From NCBI GenBank assembly GCA_937924855.1, contig CALEYQ010000057.1, forward strand, positions 6,768 to 70,767: DNA of 64,000 nt, written 5' to 3'. Of the stretch, positions 1 to 9,104 are shown piece by piece. The notes under the pieces are model-generated. The model searched no databases and was not told the DNA's origin. It saw only the letters and a list, made by a program, of their open reading frames with translations. The stretch is from an uncultured Bacteroidota bacterium (lineage in GTDB: Bacteria; Bacteroidota; Bacteroidia; JADZBD01). Each line of letters starts with the position of its first letter. The stretch's first letter is position 1. The translations under genes were made by a program, and so were the position numbers.

Positions 1-1168
1 ATAGTAATGTGGATTTGGGAAAAAGAGCTTTGATTTTTTCCTCCTTGGGAAGCATTCCGCCCTGAATAATGGCGGCGTAATTTAGGCTGTCTTTTATTTC
101 TTTATTAAGGACAGAAAGCTCACGGTTAATTTGCTTCAGCGTATCTTTTTCTTTCTCGCTGGTGGTTAGAGAAATAAATGTTTCCCGGTTTTTTATCTCG
201 GTTACTGATTTGTCATTGAGGACTTTTTTCTCTGAAATCCTGAATTGGTTCATGGCCTCAAATGCCAATTTGAAATTCCCCTTTGCGCTATACAACTCAG
301 CTTTTAGTTCATGTATTTTACATAAATGTGTTTCGTTTTTATTTTTACGGGAAATTTTAAAGCAACGATCCAAATTGCTTTTTGCCTTTGCATATTTTTT
401 TTGCTTAATGAGGGTTTTGCAAAGATGAATTTCGCTGTTGGTTGCGCCAAAACTGTTCTTTGCCTTTTTGAAATTTTTTATACTCTCCTGATAGGCAAGT
501 TCCGACTTTTTATATTCTCCAAGTTCATAATAAGTTGAACCGAGATTATTCAGGAATGTGCCCAGGAGAATATTTCCACCCAGTTTTCGTAGGGTAGGCT
601 CTGCTTTCTTCAACACTTTAAGGGATTCCCGAAATTTATTTTCCGCTCTTAAAATTCCTGATAAATTGATAAGTTGGCTGCCTAAATTAATTTCGGGCCC
701 GGTTTTTTCGAATATTTTGCATGACTTTTCACAATAAAAACGGGCATTTTTATTGTCCTCAATTCCTGAATAAATAGATGCGAGGAGTGCGTATATCAAG
801 GCGAGATTCCTTTCGTTCCCTTTTATTTTTCGCTGGTAGGGACTTGTTATTTCCAGGGCATTTTTGAAATCTCCTATTCTCAGATAGGTCCATCCCAGGA
901 GAACAACGTGGTCAGTATACTCGTCTGATCCAACTTTTTCAGAAAGGAAATCAAGTGCCTTATTAGCGTATCGGAAGGAATTGGGATAATCGGAAAGATA
1001 ATAAAAGCACCAGCCAATCCCCTTCCACAACCTGGGTAATAGCTCGGGGTGCTTATTCCTTACTTTGTTCTCAAGCAATAGCCCATCCCTAACGCCTTTT
1101 TGGGGATTTGAAAAGCGATTTTCAAAAATCTCAGTAACCTTTAATGTTACTTCCGCATCCCCGGCCAT
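1..1168 (-). CDS. TPR-repeat protein, N-terminal ~389 aa of a longer SpoIIE/PP2C-type phosphatase (3' end runs off window start). No signal peptide; TPR repeats then coiled coil then the ...YAAIIQGGMLP... linker that precedes the PP2C domain in the paralog at 10414..12375
   Basis: Manual translation of the minus strand from ATG at 1168 is open to position 1. An in-frame TAA lies 24 nt upstream of that ATG. It is absent from the ORF track only because it lacks a stop inside the window. The linker motif aligns with DITDSIKYALRIQRAILP of the 653-aa TPR-PP2C protein. Confidence 0.6.
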   Translation of the reverse strand, partial: MAGDAEVTLKVTEIFENRFSNPQKGVRDGLLLENKVRNKHPELLPRLWKGIGWCFYYLSDYPNSFRYANKALDFLSEKVGSDEYTDHVVLLGWTYLRIGDFKNALEITSPYQRKIKGNERNLALIYALLASIYSGIEDNKNARFYCEKSCKIFEKTGPEINLGSQLINLSGILRAENKFRESLKVLKKAEPTLRKLGGNILLGTFLNNLGSTYYELGEYKKSELAYQESIKNFKKAKNSFGATNSEIHLCKTLIKQKKYAKAKSNLDRCFKISRKNKNETHLCKIHELKAELYSAKGNFKLAFEAMNQFRISEKKVLNDKSVTEIKNRETFISLTTSEKEKDTLKQINRELSVLNKEIKDSLNYAAIIQGGMLPKEEKIKALFPKSTLL

Positions 1169-1181
1169 CTTATGGGTTGAA

Positions 1182-2813
1182 TTAATCTTTATTTAAAAAC
1201 GGATATCGGTAATCGGTAGGGGGCACAAAGGTTTCTTTAATGGTTCTGGGACTAACCCAGCGCAATAAATTAATTTTAGCACCAGCTTTATCATTTGTTC
1301 CCGATCCCCTTGCACCTCCAAAGGGTTGTTGCCCTACAACAGCTCCCGTTGGTTTGTCGTTAATGTAGAAATTGCCTGCACTGTTTACCAGAGCCTTGGT
1401 AGCTTCGCTTATGGCATAACGGTCTTTGCTGAATATGGCACCGGTAAGGGCATAAATAGAAGTGCTGTCAACAAGCTTAAGGGTTTCTTTCCACTTTTTT
1501 TCCGGGTAAACATAAACAGAAAGCACGGGTCCAAAAAGCTCCTCACACATGGTTGTATATTTCGGATCTTTTGCCTGAATGATGGTAGGTTCAATAAAAT
1601 ACCCAACCGACTTGTTGCATTTTCCCCCCGCAATAACTTCTGCTTTTCTGTCTTTTTTTGCGGCGGCAATATATGCGGCGAGTTTATCGAACGAATTTTC
1701 GTCAATTACGGCATTAATAAAATTGCCGAAATCTTCCGTTCCACCCATCTTCATTGATTTGAGATCGGCAAGTACCAGTTTCTTTATTTCAGGCCAAAGG
1801 TTCGATGGAATGTATGCCCTGGAGGCAGCGGAACATTTTTGCCCCTGATATTCAAAGGCACCTCTTGAGATGGCCGTGGCAACTTCCTTTGGATCTGAAC
1901 TGGGATGCACCATGATAAAATCTTTCCCGCCTGTTTCGCCCACAATGCGTGGATAAGATTTGAATTTATGAATGTTGTTTCCAATGGTTTTCCAAATGGA
2001 CTGAAATACGGAAGTAGACCCGGTAAAATGAATCCCTGCAAAATCAGGATGTGAAAAAATTACATCTGCCGCATCAGGCCCCGATGGATAAATTAAATTA
2101 ATTACTCCGGGAGGAACTCCGGCTTCGTTAAAAATTTCCATAAGAACCGCAGCGGAATAAACCTGGGTGTTTGAAGGTTTCCACACTACCACATTGCCCA
2201 TCATGGCACAAGAGCTGGGAAGGTTGCCCGCAATAGCTGTAAAATTGAATGGGGTTAAAGCATAAATAAATCCTTCCAGTGGCCTCCATTCCAAACGGTT
2301 CCATATGCCGGGAGCCGACTTTGGTTGGTCGGCATAAATCTCGGTCATGTAAAACACGTTGAATCTTAGAAAGTCAATTATCTCACAGGCAGAATCAATT
2401 TCGGCCTGATAAGCATTTTTGCTCTGCCCGAGCATGGTAGCCGCATTTAATTTGGCCCGGTAGGGACCGGCAATTAACTCTGCAGCTTTTAAAAAAATGG
2501 ATGCGCGCTGTTCCCAGGGAAGATTTTCCCAGTTCTTTTTTGCCTTTAAGGCTGCACGAATGGCTTCCGAAACATGCTTTTTGCTGGATTTGTGGAAATG
2601 TCCCAGGGTATGCTTGTGATCATGGGGTGGAGCCATGCGTGATTTAATTCCGGATCTCACTTCCTTTCCCCCGATATACATAGGAATATCAAGTTTTACG
2701 GAGCGAAGTTTTTTGAGCATCAAAGCCAATTCGGCTCTTTCAGAACTTCCGGGGGCATATGATTTTACCGGTTCATTTTGCGGGACGGGTACTTTATAAA
2801 TTCCTTTAGGCAT
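1182..2813 (-). CDS. pruA: L-glutamate gamma-semialdehyde (1-pyrroline-5-carboxylate) dehydrogenase, aldehyde dehydrogenase superfamily
   Basis: 543-aa ORF with a full-length aldehyde dehydrogenase fold: catalytic Cys region FEYQGQKCSAASR and the GSTSVF/ETGGKD motifs. The length is typical of single-domain P5CDH. Confidence 0.85.
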   Translation of the reverse strand: MPKGIYKVPVPQNEPVKSYAPGSSERAELALMLKKLRSVKLDIPMYIGGKEVRSGIKSRMAPPHDHKHTLGHFHKSSKKHVSEAIRAALKAKKNWENLPWEQRASIFLKAAELIAGPYRAKLNAATMLGQSKNAYQAEIDSACEIIDFLRFNVFYMTEIYADQPKSAPGIWNRLEWRPLEGFIYALTPFNFTAIAGNLPSSCAMMGNVVVWKPSNTQVYSAAVLMEIFNEAGVPPGVINLIYPSGPDAADVIFSHPDFAGIHFTGSTSVFQSIWKTIGNNIHKFKSYPRIVGETGGKDFIMVHPSSDPKEVATAISRGAFEYQGQKCSAASRAYIPSNLWPEIKKLVLADLKSMKMGGTEDFGNFINAVIDENSFDKLAAYIAAAKKDRKAEVIAGGKCNKSVGYFIEPTIIQAKDPKYTTMCEELFGPVLSVYVYPEKKWKETLKLVDSTSIYALTGAIFSKDRYAISEATKALVNSAGNFYINDKPTGAVVGQQPFGGARGSGTNDKAGAKINLLRWVSPRTIKETFVPPTDYRYPFLNKD

Positions 2814-2845
2814 ACGATTTTTTTTAAAGTATTAGGAAAATTCAA

Positions 2846-3916
2846 TCAATGCGAAGATTTGTTTATTACCAGTTTTTTCGAGTTTGTTCCGCCACCTGTA
2901 AATGTAAAATTCAGGTAATAAAATCCGGGTTCCAAAAAACTAAGATCCAATGGTTCTGAAGCGACAATACGAAAAGTTTCAAAAATTTTTCTGCCTGTAG
3001 CATCAAAAATTTCCAGTTTGTTCGGGTGGGAACCGAAATAGGTGCTGAAATTTATTATTCCGTCACCCGGATTAGGAAATATCTGAAAGTCGGGGTCGGA
3101 AAGATATTGATGAACCGAAACGGTGGGAAGCGTGTAGAACACTACGTTGTTGGCATTGCCGGAGTTAGGAATTCCAATACTGTCACCATTGGCAGAAATG
3201 TCAATATCGGCCGGTGAAGATAATCCACTCATGACATTAACGGGAGCCTGCGAAAACCCGGGGTCGAAACGCATCAGGGAATTATTACTCCAGGCCGTAA
3301 CATACCAATTTCCGGAGGCATCCCGGGTAATTCCATCAAGGTTATTCAGGGTGGTGTTGGTTAGGGTAGTTATGGTGCTGTCGGAAAGTGCCATGGCCTG
3401 AATGGGTGCGGCGGTTCCCCAGGTAACAAATACACAGCGATTTCCGGGTCCGTCATAAATTATCCCATTGGGTGTTTTGGCCATGCCGCTGACCATGATG
3501 TTCGCGGTTTGGGTGCTTGTGTTTACCCGGTAAATTCTTTTGGCGGTAAAGTCGGTAACAAATAAAAAGTTATTTCCATCACTGGTAATGCCATTTAAAA
3601 AGGTGGCTCCCAGGTTCAGATTGAAAACCAGATTGCCGGTATTAATGTTATAACCTCTAACCGATGAACCGGAACATGCATATATTACATTTCCAAGAAT
3701 TTCAAGTCCGTGCGGACCCGCAGGTAATCCGGAGGCGAAAGGAAGCATTATTCCGGAGAGTGAGGAGTAAATGTGAATCTGGCCGGAATTTTTTTGACCC
3801 ACAAACCACCGGTTTCCGGAGGCATCGTATTCAACGCTTTCGGGACCGCTGAAAACCTGTGAAAAAACCGCCACAGGAATAAGAAAAAGAAGAAGCAGGA
3901 TTTTTTTATTCCCCAT
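2846..3916 (-). CDS. Secreted beta-propeller (NHL/SMP-30-like) protein with T9SS C-terminal sorting domain
   Basis: N-terminal signal peptide MGNKKILLLLFLIPVAVFSQ. The C-terminal ~75 aa (FPNPGDGIINF...LEIFDATGRKIF...GFYYLNF...KKLVINK) match the Por_Secre_tail/TIGR04183 pattern. Confidence 0.7.
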   Translation of the reverse strand: MGNKKILLLLFLIPVAVFSQVFSGPESVEYDASGNRWFVGQKNSGQIHIYSSLSGIMLPFASGLPAGPHGLEILGNVIYACSGSSVRGYNINTGNLVFNLNLGATFLNGITSDGNNFLFVTDFTAKRIYRVNTSTQTANIMVSGMAKTPNGIIYDGPGNRCVFVTWGTAAPIQAMALSDSTITTLTNTTLNNLDGITRDASGNWYVTAWSNNSLMRFDPGFSQAPVNVMSGLSSPADIDISANGDSIGIPNSGNANNVVFYTLPTVSVHQYLSDPDFQIFPNPGDGIINFSTYFGSHPNKLEIFDATGRKIFETFRIVASEPLDLSFLEPGFYYLNFTFTGGGTNSKKLVINKSSH

Positions 3917-4343
3917 GCGAGTTTAGTTTTAAGGCTTTGATTCGTTTTAACGGACCCGGACAAACAGATTCATGGCAGGAAATGCAGGATCTGACAATGG
4001 TTGAATAGGCTTCTTTTCTGTCGGAAATTTTAGCTGTATAAAGTTTTTCCCAGGTGTTTAAATGGTATTTGGCCAAACCCTCAAAAGCCTCCTGCCTGAT
4101 TTCAGGATCGGTGCGTTTGGCAATGGGCATTTTGTTGAATTCCGGGGGAAAAGCGGGTAGCCGGCGTAAGTCGTTTTCAAGGCAAAATTTCAGCGAATCG
4201 CAATGGGTGGTCATCTTGCGCATTAAAACGGCAAGTTCGCTGGAAGGAACCGCGATTTTATTTTCCGAAGCTTTGTTTTCCCGACAGGAAAAAAATAAAA
4301 TCAGGAAAAGAAGAATAAAAAAAACGATTACAAGCCTATTCAT
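3906..4343 (-). CDS. Lipoprotein with single CXXCH haem-binding motif near C-terminus (putative class-II-like c-type cytochrome)
   Basis: The ORF track gives 3906..4370. Internal Met at 4343 gives a signal peptide MNRLVIVFFILLFLILFFSC with lipobox and reduces overlap with the upstream gene to 8 nt. Motif RSCISCHESVCPGP sits ~20 aa from the C-terminus. Confidence 0.5.
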   Translation of the reverse strand: MNRLVIVFFILLFLILFFSCRENKASENKIAVPSSELAVLMRKMTTHCDSLKFCLENDLRRLPAFPPEFNKMPIAKRTDPEIRQEAFEGLAKYHLNTWEKLYTAKISDRKEAYSTIVRSCISCHESVCPGPLKRIKALKLNSHGE

Positions 4344-4806
4344 TTTTAATGGCAACTCCATGGGCTTCAAAAGAAACTTTTATCTCAGGCTCTGTAATTT
4401 TCTCAATTTCCTCTTTGGGCTTTCCGGCATCTTCGGCATAATGTTTTAGCTCTTCAACCGAAGTGGTGTCGTTGTAGGCAAAACCTTCAATTATTACCTG
4501 TTTTCCGGCAATGTCCATAGGAACAAAAAATCCATAATCTTTAAAAGTTACCCGAATGGTTTGGTTGTTTCCGGCATCCAGGGTCATCCAGCATCCTTTT
4601 TTCTGGCAAACTTCCAGAACTTTCCCGCTTACCCTTCCTGTTTTTTTTCCTTCAGTGCCGATATCGGAAATAAACCCGGCAATTTCTCCGGCATTATCCA
4701 CTGCGATGCTATCGCCAAAACGGCTGTAGGGGTCAGGTAAATTTTCAGTTTTGTTTCCGCAGGAAATTATTAGAAAAAGGGATGGGATAAAAAGCAGGTA
4801 TTTCAT
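4336..4806 (-). CDS. DUF4920-like lipoprotein
   Basis: 156 aa. Signal peptide with lipobox LIISC. The KKGCWMTL...GFFVPMDIAGK...IEGF pattern is typical of the small Bacteroidetes DUF4920 family. Confidence 0.55.
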   Translation of the reverse strand: MKYLLFIPSLFLIISCGNKTENLPDPYSRFGDSIAVDNAGEIAGFISDIGTEGKKTGRVSGKVLEVCQKKGCWMTLDAGNNQTIRVTFKDYGFFVPMDIAGKQVIIEGFAYNDTTSVEELKHYAEDAGKPKEEIEKITEPEIKVSFEAHGVAIKNE

Positions 4807-4842
4807 TGGAGTTTATTTTGTGCAAAGGTACAAATTATCCCT

Positions 4843-5490
4843 TCAGGCATCTCCGAATTTTCGGCGGTAATGCTTTAACGACAAGCTGATTAAGATGAAG
4901 CCGGCCACTGTCGGGGATAACCAGTTAAGCAGGGGATGGGGAAACAAATTTTGAATGACCAGAAAAGCGGTGGTTGCGGCGATAAAGGAAATATACATCC
5001 GGCCCAGATGGGTATAAAACCAATTCATTTTTTCTTTGTTAAAATCGTCCTTTTTGAAAAAGGCTGCTTTCAAGTCTTTGAAGACCAGTGAAAAAAACAG
5101 GGTTCCAAAGACCAGCGAAACGATTGAAAAAACCCGTTCACCGCGAATTAAAAGCAGGGTTCCCCAAATCAATAGGGTAAAAGAAACAAGCCCGCCCGAC
5201 ACATAAAATATTTTGTCAATTACCCGGTCGGGGAAGTTGCGAAACCTGGCCATTCTGGATCCGGTAAATGCCATATACAGCCCGAAAATTCCAAAAAAGG
5301 TTATGATCAGGCTACCCAGGTAAGCTCCGGTGGGAACCAGAATAAACCAGGATGCCAGATAGATTTTTCCCGCCTGGCGGTGCAACCGACCTCCTTTTTT
5401 CAGGACTATCTGAAGAATTCCAATAATTAATACAAGGGTGCCGGCACCGGCGTGAAGCCAGTATATCAGGGTTCTAACATCAGGGTTCAT
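4843..5490 (-). CDS. Integral membrane protein (about 6 TM), function unknown
   Basis: 215-aa ORF with multiple hydrophobic helices. Its start overlaps the stop of the upstream gene (ATGA). Confidence 0.55.
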   Translation of the reverse strand: MNPDVRTLIYWLHAGAGTLVLIIGILQIVLKKGGRLHRQAGKIYLASWFILVPTGAYLGSLIITFFGIFGLYMAFTGSRMARFRNFPDRVIDKIFYVSGGLVSFTLLIWGTLLLIRGERVFSIVSLVFGTLFFSLVFKDLKAAFFKKDDFNKEKMNWFYTHLGRMYISFIAATTAFLVIQNLFPHPLLNWLSPTVAGFILISLSLKHYRRKFGDA

Positions 5491-6095
5491 GGTGCGAATT
5501 TTAAAGCATAAAATCCTTTTAGCAGGAGTTGGTCAAAGTCTTCTTTTTTGTTGCCAAGGAATATTATGAAAAGATCGGCCTGATTCTCTTTATGGAGCAC
5601 CATAAATAAGGCAAACTGGTATCCTTTGCTGAATTCAGAATTCACGGGTAAAAATACACTGGCACCAAAATCAGCATTGAATTCCTGTTTTACTGCATTT
5701 TTAGGAAATGGTACTAGTTCAGGAAGCATGCCGCTGTTGGGGTCGATCTGAGAAATGTTCAGCAAGGTGGCAATCGCAGAATTCTTATGGTAGGTATTGG
5801 GATTTAACAAAGTTATGCCGGGGTCGTTCAGCGATTTTTCATATTCTTTGATAAATTCTTTTAATGGCCACACGCTGAATCTGATTTCGAAATCACGGGT
5901 CTGGTGTTTTAAAGCGTATTGATAATACAAATCAGGATTTTGAATGGGAGGTGTGTATATAAAGGAATCGGGGGGAGAAAAGGCCAGGGAATTTTGAAGA
6001 CAAATTTTAACAAACTCCATTTCGGTCCCGGGTTGCGCACGGAAGGGCAGATAAATATTGAACAACAGAATACCAAAAAGAATACGGTATTTCAT
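5487..6095 (-). CDS. Secreted hypothetical protein
   Basis: 202-aa ORF with N-terminal signal peptide MKYRILFGILLFNIYLPFRAQ. I do not recognise a family. Confidence 0.5.
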   Translation of the reverse strand: MKYRILFGILLFNIYLPFRAQPGTEMEFVKICLQNSLAFSPPDSFIYTPPIQNPDLYYQYALKHQTRDFEIRFSVWPLKEFIKEYEKSLNDPGITLLNPNTYHKNSAIATLLNISQIDPNSGMLPELVPFPKNAVKQEFNADFGASVFLPVNSEFSKGYQFALFMVLHKENQADLFIIFLGNKKEDFDQLLLKGFYALKFAP

Positions 6096-6206
6096 AATGC
6101 AGGATCGTTAAATGAAAAAATTACCTTGCCACCCAAAATCATAAGCTTCAAGGTACGGAAAGCCGGACAAAAAGTAATCGGGGATGTTAAATTTATTTTC
6201 GTTTTT

Positions 6207-6689
6207 TTATTCATAAACAGCCTCGGGGGAATCCTGAAAAATGGCAAAGAAAAGCGCCAGCATTAAAAGCAAAAATGAAAGAGAAAATGTGCCAATCCCA
6301 AACCAGCGAGTTTCGGGCCTGATAAAAGATTGTGAGGGGTTGTCGGGATTGAAAAACACAACCGGATTTTCCGGGATTTTTTTCATGATTTTCTTTGCCA
6401 GTCCGGGAGTGTAACTTCTTTCTCCGCCTTCCAGTTCCATGGCATGAAAGGCATTTCCGGTATGTTGCTCTCCTTCAAAATCAAAAGTGTATTTTATCCG
6501 TAAAGCCAAACCACCCGGACCTTCCCCGGTGGCCATTTTTGGGGTATAAGTTTCGGAAGAAATTAATTTTCCCCGGGTTGAACGCCAGTTTTTTACTCTG
6601 TTGTAAAGTCGCAGAGATCGAAATGAAATAAGAAAGCCCACCAGGGAAATAACCATCAAAAAAATGAGCGACAGGATTTTCATTACCAA
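6207..6689 (-). CDS. DUF3592-like membrane protein
   Basis: 160 aa with N-terminal and C-terminal TM helices flanking a soluble domain, the architecture of DUF3592. Confidence 0.5.
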   Translation of the reverse strand: MVMKILSLIFLMVISLVGFLISFRSLRLYNRVKNWRSTRGKLISSETYTPKMATGEGPGGLALRIKYTFDFEGEQHTGNAFHAMELEGGERSYTPGLAKKIMKKIPENPVVFFNPDNPSQSFIRPETRWFGIGTFSLSFLLLMLALFFAIFQDSPEAVYE

Positions 6690-6758
6690 CTAAATTTAAG
6701 TACTTAATTTTGTTCGCGAAAGCGTTTTTTGGACTAATTTTCATTTTTTAGTAAATGT

Positions 6759-7343
6759 ATGCTTGGATTAAAACTTGAAACAGATCCCCGCTGGGTTGAT
6801 CTTGTTGAGACAGATATAAGCGAAATACTTACCGATCACGCCTGGTGCGAACAGAAAGCCGCATCCAATGCCATCAGTATTGTGGTGGGTTGGCCCGAAC
6901 ACGGCGGCCTTGTGGAGGAGCTTATTGCAATAGCCCGGGAAGAACTTGAACATTTTGGACGGGTTCATACGCTTATTCTTAATCGGAACCTTGTGCTCGG
7001 CCGGGAACGAAAAGACCATTACGTAAATCAGCTCCTTACCTTTTTGAAAAAGGATGGGAACCGTGATGAGAAACTTGCCGATCGGCTGCTGTTTGCCGCA
7101 ATGATTGAAGCCCGTAGTTGTGAACGCTTCAGGGTGTTATCGGAGCATATTAAGGATTCCGAACTGGCTTCCTTTTATCGTGAATTGATGGAAAGCGAAG
7201 CCCAGCATTATACGCTGTTCCTTCGCCTCGCTAATAAATATGCCCCGCAGGATTTTAATGTTGATGCACGCTGGAAAGCCTGGCTCGATTTTGAAGGGTC
7301 GCTGATAAAGAATTACGGTACAAAAGGCCGGATTCACGGCTGA
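6759..7343 (+). CDS. miaE: tRNA 2-methylthio-N6-isopentenyladenosine(37) hydroxylase MiaE (ferritin-like di-iron)
   Basis: 194 aa. The LTDHAWCEQKAA and ELEHF...EARSCERF...ESEAQHY motifs match the MiaE di-iron ligand pattern (Salmonella MiaE has LTDHLICELKAA). A TAATTTTG -7-like box lies at 6705..6712. Confidence 0.7.
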   Translation: MLGLKLETDPRWVDLVETDISEILTDHAWCEQKAASNAISIVVGWPEHGGLVEELIAIAREELEHFGRVHTLILNRNLVLGRERKDHYVNQLLTFLKKDGNRDEKLADRLLFAAMIEARSCERFRVLSEHIKDSELASFYRELMESEAQHYTLFLRLANKYAPQDFNVDARWKAWLDFEGSLIKNYGTKGRIHG

Positions 7344-7685
7344 TTAATCCGGAATTTCTTTTTTTAATGCCAGTAAAAAAGACTTCAGGTTTTTAAGGGT
7401 TTGAATGACCTCTGCCGACTCAGTTACTTCTTTTTTTGAGTTTTTTAGTTTCTCCTTGGCACCGTCCAGGGTATATCCCTTTTCTTTTACCAAATGAAAA
7501 ATCAAGCGAAAATTCTCAATGTCATCCCGGGTGAAAACCCGGTTCCCCTTTTTGTTTTTTGAGGGTTTAAGGATCTCAAACTCCTTTTCCCAGAACCGGA
7601 TCAGAGAGGTGTTGACCTGAAACATCCCGGCCACTTCTCCAATGGAATAAAATAATTTCTCGGTGGGTTTTTCTTTCCAGGCCAT
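7344..7685 (-). CDS. MerR-family transcriptional regulator
   Basis: 113 aa. N-terminal HTH YSIGEVAGMFQVNTSLIRFWEKEF is typical MerR. The C-terminus is a coiled coil. Confidence 0.75.
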   Translation of the reverse strand: MAWKEKPTEKLFYSIGEVAGMFQVNTSLIRFWEKEFEILKPSKNKKGNRVFTRDDIENFRLIFHLVKEKGYTLDGAKEKLKNSKKEVTESAEVIQTLKNLKSFLLALKKEIPD

Positions 7686-7707
7686 TTATGCCACTAAAAG
7701 TAAACAA

Positions 7708-8928
7708 TTACTTTTTTCTGGCCATAAGCAGGTTCGATGTCCCTTCGTGCCATTTATACCCTATCCCAAAGGGTAGGGGCTTTAGTTTCCGGGCCGCAGA
7801 ATCCTGACTAAACGCCTCTTTGTAATCGGCCTGATATTCATTTTTGAAAAGGGAAATGGTGCCGGTGTATTTGCCGTAAAGGGTTATGTCCCAGATGCTT
7901 TTGTCGAAAAAGCTGTAAGGTATGCCTGAGTCGTCTTGCAATAATCCCTTGCTCTGGGCAAGAATCTGATCCCTGACTTCCGAAAAAAACTTGTTATGCA
8001 TCAGATAGGAGGCCGATTTTAAATAGGTGTGAACCGTGCCTTTGGAAGAAATAAACTTTTTCAGCTCCAGATTGGTTTTTAGCATTCCCTCATTGCTCAG
8101 GTCGGCCCGGAAATAAATTACTTTTTGCTCGGGTGAAAGGGTATCCTTACGGAAGGTTATTTCCACCCCTTTGGGTTTCCCGGATTCCGAGTACTGTAAA
8201 TTGCCTTCCGGGCTCAAGGATACTTTTTTTACCTCAATGATTTCATTTCCCCGCCGGGATAAAAACAATAACATGAGGGGAGTTGTGCCATTAACCTGCT
8301 CCCCCTGCAAATCCTTTTTCATGGCCACGGTCCTGAAAAAGGAGAAATTTAAAATGGCATACAGGGAATTATTTACCGATTGAAAGTACTTCCCCAGCGT
8401 ATCCACTACATACTTTTCCGTGAAGGGAATTTCCCCTACCGGTTCCAAACCCACCATTATATACTCTTTTGCCTGGGGAAAAAATAAATTGGCATTGAGG
8501 ATGTCCGGGCCGGAAAAAGGGTAATAAAGGGTCTTGATTTCTTTGTTCAGCGCATCGAGTTCCTGATCCCGCCATAAGCTGATTTTTGAAACCCGTGTGC
8601 TGTCGAATACTTTCCATCTTCCCTTGGCAATAGAAGCATATTTTTTCCATTCCGGACTTTCCCGGTAAGCGGGGTCAATGAGGGATTTGTCACGGGGAGG
8701 AAGGCCTGCCAGAAAAAGGGCAATATCGTCGGGAGTCCGGTCGAAGTTTCGGCGAACTTCGATTTTCGGAGGAGCTTCCTGCGTAAGGGTGTCGGCTTTT
8801 TTCGGGAGAATTGAGTCGGTGGTCTCTAGGGGAGGGGTAGTATCGCCACTGCCGCAGGAAAAAAGAAAGAGAACCGCCCCTGAGGCAATAATGTTCCGCA
8901 GGAAGCAGGAATAGGAAAAAGAAAACAT
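7708..8928 (-). CDS. Lipoprotein, function unknown
   Basis: 406 aa. Signal peptide with lipobox ...LFLFSCGSG. No recognisable catalytic motifs. Confidence 0.55.
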   Translation of the reverse strand: MFSFSYSCFLRNIIASGAVLFLFSCGSGDTTPPLETTDSILPKKADTLTQEAPPKIEVRRNFDRTPDDIALFLAGLPPRDKSLIDPAYRESPEWKKYASIAKGRWKVFDSTRVSKISLWRDQELDALNKEIKTLYYPFSGPDILNANLFFPQAKEYIMVGLEPVGEIPFTEKYVVDTLGKYFQSVNNSLYAILNFSFFRTVAMKKDLQGEQVNGTTPLMLLFLSRRGNEIIEVKKVSLSPEGNLQYSESGKPKGVEITFRKDTLSPEQKVIYFRADLSNEGMLKTNLELKKFISSKGTVHTYLKSASYLMHNKFFSEVRDQILAQSKGLLQDDSGIPYSFFDKSIWDITLYGKYTGTISLFKNEYQADYKEAFSQDSAARKLKPLPFGIGYKWHEGTSNLLMARKK

Positions 8929-8947
8929 GAATGTGGGCTGAAGAATT

Positions 8948-9103
8948 TTAGTGAGCCGGAGCTTCGTTATTAGTGGCAGACTTTTCTTCCTTTGGCTTAT
9001 CGAGGTCGGAAATTAAAATCAGAAAAGTCATACCCAGAAATAATAAAACAAAAGGCATCCAGAAACTCATTGGTCCTTCTTTTTGGTTGTGATCGCTTCC
9101 CAT
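8948..9103 (-). CDS. Small single-TM membrane protein (51 aa), not in ORF track
   Basis: Manual translation MGSDHNQKEGPMSFWMPFVLLFLGMTFLILISDLDKPKEEKSATNNEAPAH. It fills the gap between the permease and lipoprotein genes on the same strand, but the call rests on open reading alone. Confidence 0.3.
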   Translation of the reverse strand: MGSDHNQKEGPMSFWMPFVLLFLGMTFLILISDLDKPKEEKSATNNEAPAH

Positions 9104-9104
9104 A

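Noticed and set aside
1326-2041. Several 85-143-aa ORFs on both strands inside pruA (1326..1757 +, 1409..1705 -, 1579..1848 +, 1784..2041 -)
   Set aside because: They are entirely nested in a confidently identified 543-aa aldehyde dehydrogenase gene and their products are low-complexity. These are typical shadow ORFs.
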